The position numbers and the translations under genes are program-made. Below are positions 1 to 12,400 of a stretch of 64,000 nt of DNA, one piece after another; position 1 is the first letter of the stretch, and each line of letters starts with the position of its first letter. The stretch comes from Laetmonice hystrix (taxonomy: Eukaryota). The notes under the pieces are model-generated. The model made no database searches. It worked only from the letters and a program-made list of their open reading frames with translations, and was not told where the DNA came from. Where the stretch lies: NCBI GenBank assembly GCA_965235115.1, contig OZ249436.1:58094001-58158000 (forward strand). Reading direction: 5' to 3'.

Positions 1-330
1 TGGCTTGCCCCCGAAGCCTGGCGCACTGACACAGCAGACAAGCGACACTGCCATGTGTGGCGATACACAGGACTCCAGGACAATATCAAAGTTCCATACT
101 TTACTTTCCTGGACACTGAAGGCTGGGGCTAAGTTGGAGGGTTTCCCCTAAATTATCTACGGGTCAGGAGCTGGTCTTCAAGAAGATCTAGGATCTGTGT
201 AAATGGGCACCTGGCCTGGGTAATAAATGGTGGAATGTATCCTAATAAAGCCAGCCCTAACTCCCTTGGTTATTGCAGCCTGGTGGGCCTGGCATTCCTG
301 CCTGGAGTGACCAATGTCCACCCAATTCAT

Positions 331-375
331 CAGACTGACGCTGCTAACACTCGGCTGGGCTCTGGGGCCAGATTG
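331..375 (+). mobile_element. Gypsy LTR-retrotransposon RNase H relic
   Basis: Hand translation QTDAANTRLGSGARL resembles the Gypsy RNase H motif QTDASxxGLGAVL; no extended ORF. Confidence 0.3.
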
Positions 376-900
376 TGGGGACAGTGCAGTCTGTTATTTT
401 GAGGAGGTCACTGCACAATGCCTCAGCCACCACACAGCCTTGGTGGAGCCATGAACAGCAGCGGGAGGCAGCAACAACGTTATGGCCTGCCAATATCTGC
501 ATGTTGCACAGCCACATCCCGAACAGCCAGAATGTCTCCCATTACTGAACAAGCAACACCTCTTAAAAAACAGACCGCGACACCGGCGCTAGTCCAATTC
601 AAGGTGCTGAAATAACAATCCTTGTAGACACATTGTTTCACGCCCACATTCCCTAATGTATTTCAGGGGTAGCCTTTTAATTCTCCTGAAAATGTTTCAT
701 ATAATATTAATTTAACACTTTCTCCGAAAATTATTCGAAATAATCAACTTTTAGGTTTCCCTTCCGAATATTCCCATACAAGTACTGTTCTGCATGAAGC
801 ACTCGACTTCCACGATGATTTTTTTCAACAGGTTCATTTTCTTTCTAATCTTTTTAATCAAAAACTGTGCTTTTGAGGGAGTTTGGCTTCACTGGAATTA

Positions 901-1194
901 GGGCCTTTCACGACCCCTTTCACTGTAAACTGAGAGAGAAAGGATCTATACGAAAGCATGGCCTGTTATAATCAATCCCTAATCTGCCGAATCCCTCCGA
1001 TGGCTGTGGGAACCCGGCTGTCGGCAGTTCACAGCCGGGCCTAAATGATAGAATGACATGACGAGTCTGGTAGCAAACAATACCCTACAGATAAATGCAT
1101 GGAATGGTCCTCACAACATTGGGTCGCTGAGAGAGGAAATTGGTCAATTCCTGTCAAGTCTGCTGCAATTGAAGGATAACGAACCTTCCCCATC
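901..1194 (-). mobile_element. L1/Tx1-like LINE relic (endonuclease and RT motif remnants)
   Basis: Minus strand GRFVILQL (about 1166-1189) resembles the L1/Tx1 APE motif GRxxIL. QFTVKGVVKGP (901-932) resembles RT FxxxRGVRQGCP. The motifs are much closer together than in an intact element. Confidence 0.3.
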
Positions 1195-2159
1195 ACCAAC
1201 TCAACACGCATATCCAGATGGGCCATTGTGACCTTAATACATAATGTATTGTACTCCGATAACCCTAACTGATTGGAAGACTCATTAAAAGCTATTGGTA
1301 CATGTATATCCTAACCTAGATTATATCCCCGGCGTGTGTTCTACCCCTTAAAACAAGTAACTGTAACATTTATTTTAACTATGCTATCAGTGCATGACTA
1401 GGTAAAATGGTAAAATTATTGTTTTATGACTGTACCAAGCGTGTTGCCAATTTATATTTTCAAAGCAAATGTTAATCATCAGAGACTATCCCTACAGTCA
1501 TATACCATATATTACTGCTGTAACCAGAATTAATTGGTGTTTGAGATTTACTTAAAATTATACTAGCATTACATACTCCAAAGGCAAAGGTCGACGCGTT
1601 TTCTCCACACCGACATGTGAAGGAAGCTCAAATTACAAGTACATCCACACATGGCCAAAATAGCATCCCCCCTCCTCCTCCGCCTCCACACAAAGACGCC
1701 ATCACTGGCATCGAGAATTTTTCAACTTCAGCAAACTCTAATGGTCCAGTTTACCTAACCAAACTCCTCGTGAAGACCAAAGTAGCCGTTACTATTACCT
1801 GTGCTGCTGCCAACTGCGCTGTATGGTAGACCATTTGCATCATTTTGCCTGGTTTCTGTGATTCCAACTGGGGCAAAATATCACAGGTCCTGCTTGGAGG
1901 ACGGATGCTGCTGCTGCTTCCGATGAGGAGATGACACACTTTCTGAAGTTAACTCAAGATGGAGGATGGGGGTTTCCACGCTGGCCTCTTTCTGGTTGCT
2001 GGCGCTGAGCGACTCACTGCGGCCGCTGCGGAGCCACCCTGGCGTATGCCTTGTACCTCTGACGCCAAGGCCTTCTACCTCCAGCTTCCTGTCTCTAATC
2101 CAAACCTCACAGCAAACACTAGCTCAAAGGTTTTCTAATAATCCTTCCGGGAGTATAAC

Positions 2160-2290
2160 GGATGGCTACAACAAGTCCATGATGGCTACAAACACAGTAG
2201 ATATCCCAAATGTGGATACAACTTCCTGTACTTTGAGCGCAGTGGTACGTCCAAATGTGAAGTTAATTCACTTTCCTTTGAATAGATGCT
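2160..2290 (-). mobile_element. Gypsy-like RT relic
   Basis: Minus strand TFGISTVFVAIMDLL (2169-2213) resembles PFGLSSAPxxFQRxMDxLL, preceded by NFTFGR. Confidence 0.3.
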
Positions 2291-2357
2291 GGCTGATGTG
2301 GAAAGGATGATGCGAATGTACCCTGCACCCTCTCTGCTGTCTAGCTCCAGATTTGTT

Positions 2358-2620
2358 TCACCAGTGCTCAGTAATCTTAGTCAGACTACCAGTGAAACTG
2401 ATACTTGGCACAGTGGAGTCATAGGTCAACTTCGGCTCAAATTTGGCCAATGGTAGGCAAGGAGGTCGATAGATGATTACCAGTGGGAGTGGGGAGCTAG
2501 CTGAGCGGTCCAGCTGAGCTTGGTTGAGAGCTACACAAACCACAGAGTTGAGTTGCTGTGGGCGGTGGTGGGGTGATGATGTGGGTCCTGCTGCTCGGAG
2601 CTACCCCTCCCCTGCAAACA
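2358..2620 (-). mobile_element. CR1/L2-type LINE apurinic endonuclease relic
   Basis: ORF 2358..2543 contains LVIIYRPP (classic APE YRPP motif). An upstream RGGVA (about 2600-2614) matches the GGGV motif in the correct order. Confidence 0.55.
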
Positions 2621-4699
2621 TAGGCCTACTATTGGCACTTGTAGTGGTGCCCTGAGATAGGGCAGACATGACAGCCTCGGCCATTTCTGCCTGTGCTGGG
2701 AACGAATCAGCGGCATGGTGGGTCATGGCAGGGCCCGATTCCTCACTCCGGGCCATGTGGCAGTGATGTGGGAGCATGGCACACATTCCAGATCTTTACT
2801 CACCCTCTGCCTCTGCAACGGCCACTACAAAAGCGATTTCTCACCTCAGAATAATGGATGACTAAAAACTTACCCTATATACTGCTAGGCCGAGAACCAT
2901 TGTATGAGTGTGTTGTTTGTCCTGCTTCAATGTGGACGGATGCAAGACTGCTAAAACGACTTACTCAAAGAGTAGCTATAGGAGAACAGCTCTGGGTTTA
3001 ATTATTCACACAATGAAATCATGCGAGCAGCCATCAAACATCGGGTCCTCTGGGAACTGCTTCTGATGAACATGGCTCAGTCCACTCAGAGAATCAGGGG
3101 TGCAAGGGCCTCATTACGAGATGCAGACTACGGAGGGAAGGTTGATGAGGAAGTTCCATTCATTCATACCATGCAATCGCCTCCTAGTTCATTTACCGAT
3201 CAACTGTAGTAGGATGCAATCAGAGATTAACTTTGTCAGATTAAATGTTAAAACTTTTGTATCTCGCCACCCAGCGCTAGACACTGAACTGGTGCAACAG
3301 CCTCTGGTTTGATTAACAACCTAACTAAAATAAAAGGTCTTTGTCCTGACACAAAGAATATTGGATTTGTTCCACCCTTTACCCTCGACTTGGGTTCATT
3401 CCAATCTTCCTCCAGCGAACCCCTGCACCGACTACGTACATGCCAGTTTTTTCATAGTCCCAAGCGACAAATTCATCAACACACCAAGAGCTACGCCACA
3501 ACAACGAAAGTACCCTCATGACTTTCCTCGTAGATTCCTATAGAGACCTACCTGCTTTAATATATTATCCGAGATACCCACGTGTTTCTGGGCCAGATTA
3601 TCTTTACATCTTAAATTAATCGACAAATGTCAATCCGTGACATCTTAAAATGACCTGACCGACCCAAACGCCTAGGTCAAGCAGTGTTTGCCAAGCCATT
3701 TTTAATGTGACAATTACCGGTAAACCCCCAAGTCAGGAAACGGTATATTTCCAGACAAAACCGTTTCAGAATTTACGAAGTTAACAAAAAATTAACGGGA
3801 GGGCACGTGTTCTGTAAACATCTGGGCATAAACCACTGAGGGTTAATTACTTGTCGGACTAATCAGCATCGATAACTCAATGTGCCGACTCCTTGGCGTG
3901 ATTGGGACATCGACAGGATAGAATCTGGCCCAACTGTGTTTAATTATTCAACCCAATATACATTTGTTGGAACAATGTGGTATAGATTCAATAATGAGAA
4001 TGCGGGGAACAAAGGCAAAGAGAACAGCAACACGCGAAGAACTCCTATGTGATGTCTGGCCTTTAGACAGGTGAGGAATTGGCATGAGTGCGGAGGTGTG
4101 CAGAGAAGTCCCGAGTTCATTTTAAACATCAGTGCTGACCTGCACTCGGTATGGATATCAACTGTTCAGTGGGAACGTTTCCCCTTCACTATGGCCCAGT
4201 CTAATACATACATGTAACATGTACTATTCCTGAAAGAAGCGACTGTCAAATTTGTACATTCTTACTGGTAGTCACATTAATTTTAACACTTAAAGCAACA
4301 GCTTTCTCCGGCTCTATTAGCTAGTATAATGTTCTCGCTTTAACTTATAAACCATCAACCCAACCATATTGGACTTGCGCAAGGTGATAACTGAAGTTCA
4401 TTTTTGACATGGGATTCAATGTGAAAGTAACAGTTTCTCAGAGAAAAGAGGGATCATCTTCATTGTAGATGAAGGGCTACGTTACTACAAGGAACCGCTG
4501 TTGTCTTAATGAGCAGTCCAATGTCACTCCTACGAGCGAACATTTTAACAGGTTACTAAAAATATCGTTTTGCTGGCTGCCGGTATATAAACAATTTTTA
4601 CCGACAGAGAAGATTCAATGTCTTTCTAAACTCGGCTGTTTTTCCTGGGGAGGGGCATTTTTTTAGCAGGGGATACGAGGTCTTCCAACGATATAATAT

Positions 4700-4834
4700 C
4701 ATTGGCGAATTTAGGGGGGCCCAGGAGGGTCATACAGATACTAAGTCTTGAGTTGATCTGATCCTTGCCCATCCACCCACACAGCTGTGCCCCCCCCCCC
4801 CCAAAAAAAAAAAAAATTCCTGGATCCGCTACAG
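4700..4834. mobile_element. Degenerate CAG...CTG G/C-run MITE (hAT5-like)
   Basis: Ends cattggcgaatttagg / cctggatccgctacag resemble CAGTGGCGGATxxAGG TIRs; internal G6, C and A homopolymers; flanks aatat (4695-4699) / aatgt (4835-4839). Confidence 0.55.
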
Positions 4835-5760
4835 AATGTACATGTGATAGGACACGAAGCTCGGCACTTCACCAGTCCCCATGATCTTCACGGCTTCAGG
4901 TAACACACCCAAGCTGTAGGACCTGCATCCTGACCTGCATTCCATGCAATCCTGAACGTTATAATACCCACTTCTACCTTTGAGCCTGCAGACTGTCACA
5001 GCGCAGTGGGTATCATCTATACACTGACTGCGTAATGTCATATTTGCCAGGAACTAAGATCTTCCTACGTGCAACTTTCTTTGTGACTAATATTACAATT
5101 AATTCAATCTTGTTTGAATTTAATAAGGAATAAGCTTCTAAATCTTAGAATGAAAACAAAAGTGCAAGACCTTTGCAAGAACTGATATATAAAGGTCGAC
5201 GTAACCAAACTTGATTCTGACCCGCCTATTGAGTAGTCCTCAGCCTTCTGCTCAAAACCCCATTCTTGACAGGATGCCTCATGTTTCTAATTTGCAATTT
5301 GCAAGAAACAAGGAAATAAAGTATTACTTGAGCTGCTTCATAATTTTAAATGCTTGCCTACGGTATTGGACTTTAAACTTGAAGGGTTAATCATAAATCA
5401 GTTTATTTTACAGAATGTCTCAACTGCAGTGAGGTAATCAGGAAGGAATCACAGGAGCCGTTCCATTCGACATCTAAGGCCATCTTCACGGCAAATCATG
5501 GCTTCCAAAACTGGTTCTATCGAGTGCATGGCAACTATTTAATGCCCCTCCCTGGAAGGTTTCTTTGAAATCAAGTCCAAGTTGTTTACACAGTCGAAAA
5601 CGAGGCTAAAGTGTGACGCCGCAACAGTGAAACGTTCACTTTCTCTCTCTTGATGGAAGGGCAATAAGGAGCGTATCACACAAGGCATACGGAGGGTACT
5701 GAAGAAAACTCATCAGAAGGACGGTTCTGACGAAGCGGGTCATCCAGCCAGCATGTAAAT

Positions 5761-7268
5761 GCGTATGGTCGCAAGTCACAAAGTGGTCATAAAATGTGTT
5801 ACATGGTCAAAAATGGCAATTTTGCTATTTTTGGATATATCAGTAAGCCACCCAAGGCCTATCAGATAATGTACTTGTAATTTATTAATAATCATCCATT
5901 AACGAGATAATGCTAATTATGCGTCATGAATTACTAGGAAAATGCATTACAATAAACAAACGTTTTCTTTATTTTCTCAAAACGGACATCCATCAGAAAA
6001 AATTCTCTAAAATCCTTAATTCTAGTCCGATTTGAATTCTGTTTGCTGCAAAATAAAGATGAGACCTTGGGCTATTTGGAGCAATCATTACTTTTCCACT
6101 TACTTTGAAGTAAGTGGTTCATGTGGCAGTGGGAACCCGAGTGTGAAAAACGAAGTCACATTTCTCAAAAATGTCAGAATTCAAGTGAAAGCTATCGAAA
6201 CTATTAATAGTGTGCACAAATGAGCACTGTGACTTCTATTGCTTCTTTTGAGAAGTTAATCAACATTATCAGTCAAGATTAGTGAGTGAATATTCCACAC
6301 ATAATGTCCTCATGATCCACATTGTCAAGAATATAATTGCCCGACTTGTCCATGGTCATTTCTATGCCGACATATACCACACAACCTACAGGAATAACAG
6401 TAGGGTCTGTACATTTCTTGTAAACAGAACCTTCCCTGGTCTCTTTAATTAGTTCAAAATAAAACCCCCTCAAAACTTTAGTTCCTGCAGAGTACCTATG
6501 TCCACTGTCCACAACATCTTTTAAGTCAAAGTCTGTACTCGATCTGTGGATATGAAGAGAAGATAGTCCCTCAGTGACTCAACATTTAGTCTTATTGCAA
6601 CTATGCTGTCCTGGAAGATAAGTTCATGCATTAGGTTTTCACTTTCAGGAGGACGCTCCATTTTATCATCCTCTATGTCCTCTCCTACACTTTCTTCATC
6701 TCCTGAAGTATCACTATTGGCAAGAGAACCTTTTTTAAAAACTTTACAAGTTCGAAACGATCAACTGTGTGTACGGTACATTCTCACACCTTTCAAAATG
6801 CAACTCGGACAGTAACAAGAGAGTAGCCTAGTTTTCAGTTTTCCCTCTTCACCAGCTGATGCCACACAGTGCAATTTCTCTATTCCCTTGATTGTTGAAA
6901 ACTGTGTCAAAATAAAACCCCCTCAAAACTGAACTAAGCTGAAATAATGCTGGAAGAAACAATGAGAAAGCAAGTGAATTCTACATCAGCATTCCACTGC
7001 CACCACCTCCACCGCCACCTCCACCGCCTGATCCACCCCTGACATATGTTGATTTTTTTCCACCCATGCCTTGCTCCTTTCCCCCTGGTACTTTACAGTT
7101 GGTGTCATTTGAAAACCAAGAAGATAAGCTACAAAATGATACCTAAATTACCAGTACAGCCTTCCTACTTCTCAAGAAAATCAAAATGAAACGATGAAAA
7201 AAAATCTTTAATGTAACAATTCCACCATTTTCAGTAGACCAGTTTGTGACTTGCGACCGTATACCCTC
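5761..7268 (-). mobile_element. Internally deleted Sola2-like DNA transposon
   Basis: Inverted termini: ggtcgcaagtcacaaagtggtc (5767-5788) versus gaccagtttgtgacttgcgacc (7237-7258). The right end terminates ...ATACCCTC (5'-GAG on minus; GRG termini are described for Sola2). A transposase C-terminal relic lies inside. The left terminus is degenerate and no clear TSD is visible. Confidence 0.7.
6279..6906 (-). pseudogene. Frameshifted C-terminal part of a Sola2-like DDE transposase
   Basis: Three frames join into one plausible protein: FSTIKGIEKLHCVASAGEEGKLKTRLLSCYCPSC; acidic linker ...ELIFQDSIVAIRLNVESLRDYLLF; DVVDSGHRYSAGTKVLRGFYFE...IMCGIFTH*. The GxxKLH...RxLSCYCxxC motif is typical of this transposase group. 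The catalytic core is absent. Confidence 0.7.
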
Positions 7269-7339
7269 GGGACTCTCTGGGCGCCATTATATTTTTCAAA
7301 CTTGGTCTGTGTGATGATGTGTTCTGGCTTTTTCTTTTA

Positions 7340-7960
7340 CTATCGGAAAATTACTACCATACTTTGTGATACTATGGAGGTGGATAGGCCAGTTTACTGG
7401 AATGGAAAGATTCCTGTAACACACGCCTAATGTCCATGCACGGCAATCTCCAGACATCACAGTTGGTTACATTTTGCATGCGACTGCAACCACCGGTATA
7501 CAGTTCTCCCTGGAGACTGGGTTAATTTCAATATGGCATGGTACAGTAACAAGGCTGTCGCGGCTTCTTTCAATTAACGGAGTCCAATTAAGTCCCTATG
7601 GATCAAACAGAGTAGTTATTCATTATGCTTCACTAATTACAGGATTAAAATAGTTCAGTGGGAGAATTTACAAAATGAAGTGGTCATGAACCTTGGAGCA
7701 ATCTCAGATGACATAATCACTGCATCATTCCAGTTTTTCCCACTACATCAATCAATTCTGACCAAGATGGTTATTAATTTCGATTAGTTTGTCTCTCATC
7801 CTTCACCTGACAGTTTCTCTCTGATTGAAATCCCAAACTATAGGGACAACAAAACAAACACAGCAACTTTGGTATTGCAAGCTGTGACTTCTAAAAACCT
7901 TTGTATGGCAATGTGGGGGTTCTCTTTCCTCTTGATACGCCCATAATTCTTCAGGCAACC
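7340..7960 (-). mobile_element. Possible BEL/Pao RNase H-integrase relic
   Basis: Frameshift-broken remnants IAIQRFLEVTA (like TIPRLELxAA), AVH and GLSTSIVS...GSNF (like GxPxxIxSDNGTNF) occur in pol order. Confidence 0.25.
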
Positions 7961-8499
7961 AGCCTTTCCGCTGATTCGAGTTAATCTCTGGTTGCTCGCA
8001 GGCCAAACAGTTTTCAATTTATTGATGTCACCTCCTACTCGTTTCCATGGAAACCTGAACTCCTTTTAGCCTTCTAACTTTGAGCTCTTCACCCAGGAGC
8101 CAAATCTGGCACCACAAAACTCTTCAAGGCTTACAATCCATCACTGGCCTTTGTATTGTCTTGACACATGTTCATCTCCTTCATTTTAATTATCAAATAC
8201 CTTCTCAGTTAAAATTTTAGAGAGTTCAATCTCCATAAAAATGACATATATTCTTATCCTGACACTACATGGGAAGTGAACGCATATATATGACCCCAAA
8301 CTATTAAAGTATATGTTTAGTCAATTACATTCACTCTGTACCAAAAGATATGAATGCTTTAATTTTAGCAGTTTCATGCAATCTTCCATGTCGTCAGAAC
8401 GATTTTCCAAAAGTGCTGTCGGGGTGCTCAAGCTTAAGTCAGATATATTTAGTTACAAGGCATGGGGTATGTCAAGATAAGTAAACGTCACCAGCTGTC

Positions 8500-8620
8500 G
8501 AATACGGTGAGCGGGCCGATGCCTCTCGGACGCCTAACACGGTGCCTAAGTCCTCCACATACACCTCTCTGCCTATTCAGAAGTCTAACCACAGCGAGGG
8601 TTTTAATGGAGGCTATCCAC
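8500..8620 (-). mobile_element. Reverse transcriptase YxDD-region relic (DIRS-like?)
   Basis: Minus strand IGREVYVEDL (VYVEDL at 8547-8564) resembles GIRxxxYLDD. Confidence 0.25.
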
Positions 8621-9240
8621 AACAAGAGGCCTTGAACGTGTCAAGGATATATAAACTGGGGTGACTCAAGACAAGTTTACTGTTGAGGAATAATGAGCAA
8701 AACACTTTAAGATGAGTCTCTTCAACTATCAACTAACCATCCAATGAACTTGAAATTTGTTAATATTACCGTCTTTACACTTACAGAATCTCATTTTTCT
8801 CCCATAAATTTATAGATTTGTCAAATAAGCACAGAACTTCCAGACAGCCAGAAAAGGTTGACAAGTCGTCCTCTAAACACTGGCATAGATTTTGTGACAG
8901 GTTTTCAATTATGACGACATACTGGTGCATATATATAACATATATCAGGTCTAGCCACACACCGCTGTCGCCAGATATACCAAACCTAAAGGCTCCATCT
9001 ATGAGAAAATGACTCGAGTTTTCTACATTGAAAAAAAAAGAGAAGGAACCCCTTATAAAATCTGTTAATTGGTGAGTTTCCTTTACTATCGGCACTAAGA
9101 CAATCCAATTGGCTTAGCATGCTTTGGCCAACACGTTTTAAACTTTTCTGTACTCTGAACAGGCCAGGCAAACAATAACAGTCATGTCGACGAGATGCAC
9201 AGTGGAAAAGATCTGTGGGAACATCCCCACCATCTCTGTC

Positions 9241-9375
9241 TTGAGGATCCTCCGCTCCTGTTGGCTGATGCCCTTGAGCGCATTTGTTGCAGCATGCTCT
9301 ATACCATAACTAAGTCCAGCGGTAGACCATTATAATGTCACTGCCTGACGTCAATTGGGACCATTCACAAATGAC
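9241..9375 (-). mobile_element. Gypsy integrase core relic
   Basis: Minus strand NGPN followed by GIEHAATNALKGISQQERRILK resembles SDNGPQF...GIxHxxxxPxHPQSNGxxER. Confidence 0.35.
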
Positions 9376-12329
9376 TTCAACATCCTCACAAGTAAATTAG
9401 TGAAACTGCATGATCAGCGAGTGAGCTATCTTAATATGTCTCACGGAGCGTGACCCCTTCAATTCTACATATAGTGACTGTTAGATCCACCTTTTCACTA
9501 TTAAAGAACAAGCCATGCTGTACTTTTCTATCAATAATAAATGCTTGATTAAATCACCACTTTTGGTACACGACGGAAAATATGCCAAGTTTTATCTCCC
9601 TACATCCTGCAGCTGCACCGGTTTACCCTTGTAGCAACTTTCCTACCACATAGCTGCAACCTCATGGATATGAGACTCTGGGTTCTTGAAGCGAGTTCGT
9701 TAAGTGCCTATTTTTCATAGGTTCCACACCCTAGGAATGGTAGGGCCAAGACGAGACATGTGCATCCTCTCCATCAGCCCCCTCCAGGGGCTTGCAAGTC
9801 TTGTTACCATGGAAACCTGACTTCTCCTGCTTGAGCCCTTTGCCAACTCCCTGATCTTCTCCTCAAGACAGCCTCTCCTTGGTTACCTTTGATCAGCCAT
9901 TAAAAAGTCCTGGCAAGCTGCTGGTCAGCGATGGCGTGTGGCAAGCCATACAAAAACAGCATATTTCTTACCTAAATATTGGATCTAAAATGGACCAACT
10001 GGCCAACTATATGACATGCAGTAAATTCCATGCACCTAAAAATAACTGGAAGCCTGTAGTTATCAACAAACATAAGCTTTTAACAAGTTTTTAATCTAAA
10101 AAAATATGAGTGGGTCACTGATGTGTTTCTATCTCTTTATTTTCGAGTCTGTTTTTGCGTTTTACTTATAAGCATTGGGTAACATAGTTTATAGAATAGG
10201 TTCTCGATGTAGTTTGTATCTTTTCAAAGAATGTGGTTAGCAGGGAGGTTTTATCAGCATTCTGAAGTTACTTTGGCACCAGCTTCTGTTATAAATGTTG
10301 TTCTATTTACAACCACACCCTTCTAGCAGACCCAGTCACTCCCTGGATCCATAAATGAGGTCAGGGCCACAGCTAATAGAATTGCCAAGCCATCGCTCAT
10401 CCACCCACACAATATTCCAGAGAGAACCAAAAGAACATGAACATACAGTAGTGGACGTGTCCTCACACTAAAGGGGCAACCAGCTATATGGCTGAATCTA
10501 AGCTGCTAGCATTATAAGCCACTACTCAATGAAGCGGGAAGGGTCTGGGTAGGGATTGGCCTGCTACTGTTGCTTTGATGTCTACACCGTACGTCCAAGC
10601 AGCGAAATGATGTAGGGCGAAACAAAAGATCTGTATTTACCATGTGTGGGACATATCCATTTGTAGGTACCCACATCATCTTGGTATGGTACTTATCAGT
10701 CCCTGAGCTTCTCTATATTATCCACTCTGGTTGAGCCGCACAATAGAATACGACGCGGCGGAATCTTTGTGCCGTTCGTTTAAGAATTCCTTTTCTGTTT
10801 AAACAATCAAGAGTGACTGGTGGATCGGCAATCGTTTCGGCAGCACAGACGCGGACGAGGCTGAGGCTGGCACATGGCTGCTGCTCTGGGGTGCTGGCTC
10901 CCTCAGCAAATCAGTGGGAAAATGAATTTATGTCGAGTTGACCCAGCAACAGCTACTGGCAAACATCTGGTGGGATGGGGCTGCAATATCTCCCTGACCG
11001 GGGAGGGCAGCTGTAACGAACCATGCTGACAAGCCCAGAAACAGGGCAAAGGAGGCGAAGGGGTCACCACGAGTGACCTCTTACAACAGCTGTAGGTGTG
11101 TGTGCAAGCCACAAAAAATGACATGGGGAAGGTTGGGAACGCTGATCAGCAGAAAAAGCCCCACACACATTTTTCTTCAAAGGGTTTCCTCCATGCAAAT
11201 ATAATATTGGTACTTTCTATCGACAAGTAAGGTAGGGGGAAAATGTAATACATTACCATAGGATAGGGTTGAAGATGCGCTGGCCACATGGTCCATGTAT
11301 TTTATTCGACATACAATTCGACACTGAAACCCATACCCTGTGTACGGGAAGGACCCGGTCAGACGGGACCGAGAGGGGAGAGGACTCAATACTACTGGCC
11401 TTGTACACAGGATCAGGCGAAACATACACAAGCGACCCTGGTGAGATATAGGAGTAAATTAAGACCATCTTGGGGCATATCATATGGTCGGAAACATGAT
11501 ATCTCGGCCAGGCCGTCTCCCGGTGTTCCCTTCTCCTACATCTGTCTATCAGAGTCGCCTGCCCCCGTTGCAGATAAACACTGCCCTGCAGACCCGTCAG
11601 CTGACACCATGACTCTGGCGAAAGCAGGGAGTATGGCTCCACAGGCCATGCAGACCGAGCCAGATTCTGCAGTGTAGGGCTCTATTGCCGAGTTTTCACT
11701 CTATTTATGCCGTCTGGGCATATGTTCATAAAACAGCCCATCTGGATTAAACTAAGATGCAATTAAAACAAGTGAGGTGTAATAATCAGCGTTCTGATAA
11801 GATTTCTAAGCGAGAAAATTTTTAGTTGGATCAGAGGCCGTCAATTTTCCACTGGATTGGTTCCCAGATATAATACGCTCGCCTATAACTCGGCTAGTCT
11901 CTGTATACTAAATCTAGAATTAACGCTTACCAACAATACTCGTGGACTAATCAGAGCCATATACATGTGTACTTTCATCTTGCCTCACACCGGATGTGAA
12001 CTTCCCTCTTGCACGGCCATATGGTCTGCCAAGTGAGTTAAAAACATGACGGGAGGAAGGGTGGAAGGAAGAGGAAAAAATGTTAACTTGGCAGAGCCCC
12101 CTCTCTTGCACTGACTCGGCTGTGTTAGAGAATGCACCCCGATGCCCCTATGGTACTCCCGTGGGAGCCTGATCAATTAGGCCTAGGGTCTTCTTGAAGC
12201 TGGTGTCAGCCCACTCACCATGCCGCACTCTGGTCTCACCCACCATTCCCATTGGTTGCCTCCCCACACCAACCCACTTCTCGGGACAAACAGTCAACCG
12301 TGTATGTTTTTCCACCACTTCAATGCCAA

Positions 12330-12400
12330 CTTATCCACGGGGATGCTGGCTACTGAAATCATTCGCCAGGTCTATGACAGCACCACTGGGGTGTGCAAAT
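12330..12400 (-). mobile_element. LTR-type RT relic
   Basis: Minus strand GAVIDLANDF (12355-12384) resembles the RT motif xxIDLxxAF. Confidence 0.25.
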
